A stretch of 64,000 nt of DNA. Source: Schizochytrium sp. TIO01 (taxonomy: Eukaryota; Protista; Bigyra: Labyrinthulomycetes). Positions 56,744 to 64,000 of this stretch are shown here, piece by piece. The DNA is taken from the NCBI GenBank assembly GCA_004764695.1, contig SMSO01000035.1, positions 62,001 through 126,000 of the forward strand, read 5' to 3'. Position numbers and translations under genes: made by a program. Positions within the stretch are counted from its first letter, which is position 1. Every line of letters starts with the position of its first letter. The notes beneath the pieces are model-generated. The model made no database searches and was not told the DNA's origin. It worked only from the letters and a program-made list of their open reading frames with translations.

Positions 56744-57160
56744 GAACGAACTGAGCAGCTTGAACTCTCACGGCTTTCTTCTCGTCTAGATCAAGCCGGC
56801 TGCTAAGAAAGATACCAAGTCTATAAATACATAAAAATAAAAAGTTCGCGCCCGTAACGACCAAAGAACGAGCTCGACGAGCTAAAGGTACATCTGGTTG
56901 CCAGCTTCAAGAACTTAAAATATTAAGCAAGGCGACTCGATACACGACACTCTGCAAAACGCGAGGCTGTCCTTCAAACGAAGAAGAAGAAGAAGAAGAA
57001 GAAAACTTGATATCATCTCTATTTACTACATACTACTTCATCGTATACCATCATCACAAACCCCAAAACTTCACTTAAGAACCAATCAACCCTTGCATTC
57101 AACTAGGGCAGGATACGAGTATACTGATTTAACTCGTTGAAAAGGAAAAGATTTGACAAC

Positions 57161-59239
57161 ATGGCTACCCAAAACGAAGCACAGGTCGAGGCCTTCAGGA
57201 GCATGGTCGATCCAGGCTTCTGGGGCGTCTTTGCAAAAGCGAAGCTTGAACGAATTATGCTGAGCGAAGAACCTGTGCAACTCAATGGATGGTACGCACC
57301 CGGTCGAGCCCAAGGCATTCTACCTGTGCTGCGTGTCACCGGTCAAGATCTCCTGTCATCTACCACTCAGGTTAACACCAATGATGATGCCAATAGCAGC
57401 AGCGTAAGCAACAGCCAGGACCCGAACGCATGCTGTGCATCTGGTGCCTTGCTCAACACCAACACTGTTGAAGACTTCAAGAACCTCGACAAGCGCAAGC
57501 TTCTCGACGATGTTGTTGCCAATCTTCAATCCGCTATTGACGAAGGCGCTATTGAGGAGAACCCTGCACAACTCGTGCCCTTCCGCATCATCTCCTATGC
57601 AGACCTCAAAAGGCACAAGTTTCTGTACTGGTTCTGCTTTCCGAGTATCTGTGCTGCCAAGGAAGACTTGAAGTTTGACACTCTTGCTCCCTGTGCTAGC
57701 ATCTTCGGAGACGACTTGTCCAAGGAAAGCTTGAGCGCTGCTCTGAGTTACCGCAAAAGTGGTTTTTTTGCAATTGCATCGTCCTCGGGCGAGATAATCT
57801 CCTTGCAAGAAGCTCTTGCTCAAGGCGCTGATGCCATTCGTTGTCTGTGCATGGTCGACGCAAGCACCAATGCAAACCAGGTCGCTTGGCCTCTCCGCAA
57901 CTTTGCTTATTGGGCGTTTCGTCGCCTACCCGGCGCGCATGCAGTGCCTGGTGGTCTTCCAGTGCTTTGTCTACGTCGTGATGCTGCCTCCTCTGTGGTC
58001 GTCCGTATCCACTGTGCAGACGTCAGCACAATAAGCAACTCAATTGCCAGACCAGTCACTGCGACGGGTTGGGAACCCAACGTGCAAGGGAAAATGGGTC
58101 CACGTCTCAGTGACTTGAGTTCCCAACTTGACCCTGCCAAGCTATCCCAAGCGGCGAGCGATCTCAACTTGAAGCTCATGCGCTGGCGTGCCTTGCCTGA
58201 ACTTGACACTGAGCGCTTGGCCAAAACTCGATGCCTCCTCGTTGGCTCAGGTACACTTGGCTGTTCTGTGGCGCGGTGCCTTCTTGGCTGGGGCTTCCGT
58301 GAAATTACTATGCTTGACAACGGCCGGGTTTCTTACTCCAATCCTGCTCGGCAGTCATTATTTACCCACGAAGACTGTGCAAATGGAGGCCGGCCCAAGG
58401 CTGAGGCCGCTGCTGAAGCCTTGCGCAATATTTTGCCCAACGTTTCGGTACAAGGAGTGCAGCTTGACATTCCCATGCCCGGGCACTTTGTCAGCACTCA
58501 AGCAGAGCTAGAAAAGGCAAAGACATCAGTTGCCCAGCTTGAAGCTTTGATTGAGTCCCACGATGTTATCGCGCTCCTTACAGATACGCGCGAGTCCCGT
58601 TGGCTCCCCTCGCTTCTAGGTGCTAAGCATAACAAGCTGATCCTCAATTCTGCTCTTGGTTTTGACTCCTTCATGGTGATGCGGCATGGTCACGGCCCGC
58701 AGGATTCTTCTGACTCAGATGATACTGGAGCTTCCTCTTCACGTCGCTTAGGCTGTTATTTCTGCAATGACGTCGTAGCACCGCAGAACTCCATGAAGGA
58801 CCGAACTCTTGATCAGCAGTGTACAGTGACCCGACCGGGTCTCGCCCCTATTGCAGGCGCGGTTTTGGTGGAGCTCCTTGTTGGTCTTTTGCACCACCCA
58901 GATGGAAACCAAGCTCCTGCGCTTGCAGACGATGCGGAGGATCATCAGGGTTTGCGTGGCCTTGGTGCTCTGCCGCACCAAGTTCGCGGCTCGCTTCGCA
59001 CATTTGCTAATGCCAATATTACCGGTGAAGCCTTTCCTCAATGCACGGCTTGTTCGGCATGCGTTGTCGATGCTTACAAGGAAGGTGGTTTTGATATGCT
59101 GCTGCAGGCATTCAACAAACCAGATTTCCTCGAAGATCTGACTGGTTTGACTGAGCTACGTAACTCTACCAGTCTTAACGACCTTCTAGATGACGATCTT
59201 TTGGAGGACTTCGACGACGATCCTGACACTCTTCTGTAA
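57161..59239 (+). CDS. ATG7: Ubiquitin-like modifier-activating enzyme ATG7
   Basis: NTNTVEDFK, YADLK..FLYWFCFP, DLNLKLMRWR, LLVGSGTLGC, VSYSNPARQSL, LGCYFCNDVVAP, and DRTLDQQCTVTRPG (catalytic Cys). Confidence 0.98.
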   Translation: MATQNEAQVEAFRSMVDPGFWGVFAKAKLERIMLSEEPVQLNGWYAPGRAQGILPVLRVTGQDLLSSTTQVNTNDDANSSSVSNSQDPNACCASGALLNTNTVEDFKNLDKRKLLDDVVANLQSAIDEGAIEENPAQLVPFRIISYADLKRHKFLYWFCFPSICAAKEDLKFDTLAPCASIFGDDLSKESLSAALSYRKSGFFAIASSSGEIISLQEALAQGADAIRCLCMVDASTNANQVAWPLRNFAYWAFRRLPGAHAVPGGLPVLCLRRDAASSVVVRIHCADVSTISNSIARPVTATGWEPNVQGKMGPRLSDLSSQLDPAKLSQAASDLNLKLMRWRALPELDTERLAKTRCLLVGSGTLGCSVARCLLGWGFREITMLDNGRVSYSNPARQSLFTHEDCANGGRPKAEAAAEALRNILPNVSVQGVQLDIPMPGHFVSTQAELEKAKTSVAQLEALIESHDVIALLTDTRESRWLPSLLGAKHNKLILNSALGFDSFMVMRHGHGPQDSSDSDDTGASSSRRLGCYFCNDVVAPQNSMKDRTLDQQCTVTRPGLAPIAGAVLVELLVGLLHHPDGNQAPALADDAEDHQGLRGLGALPHQVRGSLRTFANANITGEAFPQCTACSACVVDAYKEGGFDMLLQAFNKPDFLEDLTGLTELRNSTSLNDLLDDDLLEDFDDDPDTLL

Positions 59240-60023
59240 ACACCACATCTTCTTTCTAGCCCAAATCACAGTCAGTTCATTCACAAATTAGCTATTATCT
59301 CAAGATAACTTGCCCTCTACTCATTTTAAGTCTCATTGGCCATCCGTGGCTTGCTTCCTCATACGCTAGAAGTATTCACTAATACGTTCTCTCGGAAGAT
59401 GAAGATCAAAAGGAAGCCTCTACTCCTTCACCTTCTCTCTCCGATGAACACATGGACACATTTATCTATAAAAATAAACAACAATACCACCTATTACAAA
59501 CCCAATCTGCAATTACGTATTTTTACACCATAGCAATCGCCTCGTACGTCTCATCACCGCGACTTCATGAGCTCGTTGGCACCACTAGCAAGTTCGTTTC
59601 AGGGCATCTCAAAACAAACACCTGCTTCCTTAACTTGTCACCCTGCGTCTTGTATCTCCGCACGCCGCGATCTAACGGCGGTGGAGCCCCTCTCTGCATA
59701 GAACGGTATCTGAGTATAGTTCAGTTTCTATGGAGTCTTTAACTCACTGTATCATGGTGCGACAAATAGAGAATCCAAAAAGCAAGTAGAACAAAAAGGC
59801 GGTAGTTAGGTTGGCAGGAATGTCGAAAAAGGAGAGGAAAGAAAGAGGACGAAAGAAAAATGAATGAAATCGATTTAGAGGGCCTGAGAACAATAGCAGT
59901 TTACGAACGAGAAAGCGCGACTCGGGCGCGTAGGGCTCGCCAACGGGGTCTAGGGCGCGGTCGGAGCGCGCTGGGGCTGGCTTGAGACAGCTTGGAGGCG
60001 GCTGCAGCACTGGCCTCTATCAA

Positions 60024-63000
60024 ATGAGCCTCGAGAGCGCTGCCACGGCGGCCATGGAGGTTGACAACGAGCCAAAGCAGGCCCAAGATAGCGCCGAAAG
60101 TTCTACAACGGAGGCAAATACAGCACTCGTTGGAGTACAAGATACGGGAGCGCGGGATGTTGAGAAGGATCTCAATAAATCAACTGCGCAATGTGACAAA
60201 TCTACTGGCGAAGATGGCGAAGATGTGAGTGGAAATGATGATGACGAAGACGACGATGATGATAACAGCAGCGACTCGAATTCAGATGACTTTGATTCTG
60301 ATTCCGATTCTGACGACCTTGACTCTGACTCTGACTCAGGCTCAGACTCTGAAGACGAGTGTTACGAAGTCATGCTCAAAGGCCTCACTGATGAACAGAA
60401 AAAACTTGTACGTCAACGCCACAAAGAGCTAAAGGCTGAATATGATGCCTTCATGGAGAAGCAGGCTGAAGACCGCGTTGCTGATATCGTTCAGGCTACA
60501 GGTCTCACGCCGCTTGAAGCTCGAATTGCGGTTGAATGCTGCAATGGCGATGAGATCGAGGCCTGCTCACGTATCTCCACTGAGTTCGAGTTCCTTGACA
60601 CCGTCCAAGAAATTGCACGCGCAGAGTGGGCTGCTCAAGAACGAGCCGAAGAAAAGCGCCGCAAGCAGTCAAAGCGCGAGCGTCGCAAAAAGGAGATCTT
60701 GGAGAAGAGCGAAGCTCGTGAGCGCAAGCGTGAAGAACGTGAAAAGACTAAAGAAGAAAAGGAACGCAAGCGTGAGAAGACCAAGGAAGAAAAGGAACGC
60801 AAACGCGAGGAGCGTGAACGCAAGAAGATGGAACGCAAGGCTAAGAGGGCTAAAGAGGCTATGGAGAGGGCCCAGGCCAGGGCCCAGGCTGCTAATGCTC
60901 CTCGTGAAAAAGTCCAGATTGAAATTCTCGACGACTCATGCAGCTTGCCGACGAAACGCGTTGGCGGCAGCAAAAAGAACACAGCTCACTCGTCCACCGG
61001 TCGCCGTAGTGAATACCGCAAGGGATACCGCCTCGATGGAGAAAAGCGTGCGACTAATTTGCGGCTTGGAGACGCACTTAAGATGCTCGAAGAAATTAAG
61101 AGAAGGAAGTTGCAGAAGCAGCAGGCAGCCAGCTCCACGAGTAATGGAAGCGACGGCGATGAGGATGAAGCCGGGACTGGTTCCGCGAATGCTCTCGGCA
61201 GCCCAGAGGCAAACCAGGAAAATACAGAATATGGCAACAACGCGGAGCAAGTTATTGATCTTGTTGCGGAAGCAGATAAAGATGCAAATGTTGATGCCGC
61301 CCCACAAAACGTAAACACTGCTAAAGAACAGCCACAAGAGCAATCATCGCAGGAGGTTACTGAGGAGGTGAAGCCTGTGGTTGATGTTGATGTCGATATG
61401 GAAGATGCTTCTGCTGATGCTGGCAAAACAGCAGAAGTAACACCTGTTCAAAATGAAGAATCTAGATCGTCATCACCAAATGCACAATCCGTGTCTTCGT
61501 CTTCATACATGGAACCCGGCGAGGCACAGTCATCCTCGGAGTCTAATAACAATGGCAACTTGACAGCAGCTAGTGCATCTCACAACGATAGTGAGAGAAG
61601 TGAGCATGAACTTCAAGTAAATGTGAGCACAGATGTCATGCCCGCTCCCGAAACGGTGCAGCATGAGTCGGAAAACACCTCTGGTTTAGAGAACACTTCA
61701 TCAACAAAAGGTGAAGCTGAGGAATCAGATGTAGCACAAGGAACCAAAAAAGACGCTGCAAGTATGAACACATCAGATGGTAATGAAGAGGAGATTGAGT
61801 ATACTGAAGAAGACCTTCGTGCACTGCAGTGGTCAGAGGCTCGTATCAAAGCCTTTTTGAACCGCAAGTCAAATCCGAATGCCTATTACTACCGTTTCAA
61901 CCGGCTTGGTGAGAAGCAAGAAACTGGCGAGTGGTCGTTGGAGAATCAAAAGCGGTTCATGGAGCTCATTAAAGATGGCGTGGATTACCGGTGGGGTATT
62001 CTGAGTATGAAGATTCCGGGGCGTGTTGGTTACCAATGCTCTAACTTCTATCGCAAGCTAGTATCCATGGGTAAAGTCATCGACCCGAATTATCAAATTG
62101 ATGAACAAGGAAAGCTTAAATTTGTGCGACCGAAAGGGCTAAAGCGCGCAACAGCAGCCAACACAAAGGTTTTAAAGGAACCCAAAGAAACAAAATCAGC
62201 AAAGACTTCTAAGAAAGCATCAGCAACAGCAGCAGACGAAGAGTTCTCTCCTTCATCTGTCCAGCCAGACGCAGAGACTGATTTACAAAGTGGTACTGCG
62301 CCCACTGAATCTACGACTGAAGAAAGTGCAACCTCTGATGGGGTCAATGGTGACGTTGCGCTCGCTGAGGCAGGTGAAGCCGGCGCGACCTCATCAACAA
62401 CACCAGCAAATGGAGAAGATACTGTTTCCGCAGATGTATCAGCCTCAGCCTCGTCAAATGCAGAATCTGCTAGCAAGACAAACACAAAGGCTGGTTCGAA
62501 ATCCAAGTCAAAGGCAGCCACTTCAGCACTGAAGCCCACAATGCAGCTAAAAAGGGCCCAAAAAACAAAGGAAGCTCTTACTGAAAAGGTTGCAAAAGAG
62601 AGAGCTGCCTTGCTCGGTGCACAACGTGAACGTGCCACAAAGTCGAAGAAGCGAGCGGCGCGTTCGCGAGCAAAGCGTAAGGGCAAGAACACAGACGAGA
62701 TCTTTGCAGACGAGGTGGACTCGTCAGATGGAGATGCTGACTACGGGACTTACGGATATGGCGGTGCTGCACATAAGCGCCGACGTACCGCTGCATCGAA
62801 TGCAGGTCAAACTAAGCGTGTAGAGAGCGATTTTCCGCAGCTCATTCCTGGTCTCAAGTGTCCTATGACGTATGAACCTGTCTACGATCCTGCACTTTCC
62901 CCTTATGGTCATGTCATGGGATATGACACATGGTTACGTGTATTGGGTCGTGAGCCTCGCAACACGTGCCCTTTTACAAAACAGAAGCTAACACGCCGCT

Positions 63001-63101
63001 CGCTTATCAAACTCACAACTGACAACATTGACGAGTACCGTGACAAGATCCAGCAGGTGGACACCAATCTGAACTTTGGTCCCACGACATCTTCGAGCTA
63101 A
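60024..63101 (+). CDS. Large protein with a UBA-like segment, coiled coil, Myb/SANT-like domain and C-terminal U-box/RING-like domain
   Basis: Myb-like GEWSLENQKRF...WGILSMKIPGRVGYQCSNFYRKL; U-box-like CPMTYEPVYDPALSPYGHVMGYDTW...CPFTKQKL. ATG at 60024. Confidence 0.85.
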   Translation: MSLESAATAAMEVDNEPKQAQDSAESSTTEANTALVGVQDTGARDVEKDLNKSTAQCDKSTGEDGEDVSGNDDDEDDDDDNSSDSNSDDFDSDSDSDDLDSDSDSGSDSEDECYEVMLKGLTDEQKKLVRQRHKELKAEYDAFMEKQAEDRVADIVQATGLTPLEARIAVECCNGDEIEACSRISTEFEFLDTVQEIARAEWAAQERAEEKRRKQSKRERRKKEILEKSEARERKREEREKTKEEKERKREKTKEEKERKREERERKKMERKAKRAKEAMERAQARAQAANAPREKVQIEILDDSCSLPTKRVGGSKKNTAHSSTGRRSEYRKGYRLDGEKRATNLRLGDALKMLEEIKRRKLQKQQAASSTSNGSDGDEDEAGTGSANALGSPEANQENTEYGNNAEQVIDLVAEADKDANVDAAPQNVNTAKEQPQEQSSQEVTEEVKPVVDVDVDMEDASADAGKTAEVTPVQNEESRSSSPNAQSVSSSSYMEPGEAQSSSESNNNGNLTAASASHNDSERSEHELQVNVSTDVMPAPETVQHESENTSGLENTSSTKGEAEESDVAQGTKKDAASMNTSDGNEEEIEYTEEDLRALQWSEARIKAFLNRKSNPNAYYYRFNRLGEKQETGEWSLENQKRFMELIKDGVDYRWGILSMKIPGRVGYQCSNFYRKLVSMGKVIDPNYQIDEQGKLKFVRPKGLKRATAANTKVLKEPKETKSAKTSKKASATAADEEFSPSSVQPDAETDLQSGTAPTESTTEESATSDGVNGDVALAEAGEAGATSSTTPANGEDTVSADVSASASSNAESASKTNTKAGSKSKSKAATSALKPTMQLKRAQKTKEALTEKVAKERAALLGAQRERATKSKKRAARSRAKRKGKNTDEIFADEVDSSDGDADYGTYGYGGAAHKRRRTAASNAGQTKRVESDFPQLIPGLKCPMTYEPVYDPALSPYGHVMGYDTWLRVLGREPRNTCPFTKQKLTRRSLIKLTTDNIDEYRDKIQQVDTNLNFGPTTSSS

Positions 63102-64000
63102 TTTCATTTGCTCATTCCACATCGCATTGCCTCTCGTTTTTAACTACCTGAGACAGTCTTATCTGCTGCAGTTTTCTCAGAGATAGTATATATGTGTTTT
63201 TAAAATCGCACTGACAAATTATGATTGGTTTGACAGCACCTAATTTGTTTTCAAGTAGGTACTGGTGCATACAACCTGAAATCCCGACTCCTTGTGCGGC
63301 ACTGTTTGTCAGCGCATATCTTTTATGAGCACATGGGCCCATGAGTCATTTATATGCAGCATACGAGCAGTGGCATATATTTTTTCTAAAGGTCCGGATC
63401 ACAATTATTGCCTTACTTGTTTAGATGTGCGTGGTTCCATAGTTGCCTGCCCGAGCGCAAGAAGAAAACCCTGGTACCAAGGGAACTTTCTTGTTTGAAG
63501 CCTTCTCATTTGTTGGTGACTCGTGAGGTCTCATATTCTATCTCTACGTCAATTGCAAAACATGCGGCCTTTACAACTTCAACAAACATATCACGTCGCA
63601 GCACATTACATCACAGCCCCCCTCTTGTATTCCTTCCCATTATGATCACCAGCGTGAACCTAGCTTGAAATTCATTAACCTCTCCTTCAGCATCGTAATG
63701 ATCAACACCAACTTTATGCTTTCATCACATCTTCTCATGGGAACTTATTATTCTCAAAAGCTTGTACACTAAATCGTTTTTCTGCGCTTGGTGCCCATTA
63801 GAACCTTCGGGACAATGTGGCTGAATGTGATTGCAATTTTATTGCCCATGGTACGTGTCCTGTGTCTCCGGTACTCGGCTGCCTTCTGAACATTTTGCTT
63901 TGTGCTTGGCAAGTTGCCCACCGGGGGTCGTGGGACTTTGATGCAAACCCTGCAAATGCATATCCTGGCTGGTCTAAGCATACCAGCGCAACAACATTTC

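Overview
Eukaryotic genomic window with spliceosomal GT-AG introns and about 45% GC. The gene style suggests a protist, possibly a thraustochytrid or other stramenopile; this is an inference, not proven. The first ~23 kb is a fast-evolving, immune-like accessory block with five components. (1) A 17-exon leucine-rich-repeat gene missed by the ORF track (8064 to 1598, minus strand). What looks like a ~385-bp satellite is 15 tandem units, each one 84-nt phase-2 exon encoding exactly one 28-aa RI/NLRC3-type LRR plus a conserved, self-complementary intron. (2) A 5S rRNA gene. (3) A decayed IS607-type element (serine recombinase TnpA plus Fanzor2/TnpB nuclease) whose 3' end abuts the 5S terminator. 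(4) An intact TIR-TIR-NACHT-WD40 NLR-like gene with a degenerate 5S copy just upstream. (5) A pseudogenised paralog of that NLR-like gene. The rest is mostly housekeeping: a PDZ/PA protein, an M20 peptidase, a frameshifted STE20-type kinase, an ankyrin/U-box protein, three tandem ARF GTPases (two share a 7-nt microexon, one is intronless, and TGACGTGG motifs cluster upstream), an FHA/SLX4-like protein, a RIX1/PELP1-like protein, a small spliced Romo1/Mgr2-like gene, ATG7, and a Myb-like/U-box protein. All calls come from reading the sequence by eye; no database search or folding program was run.
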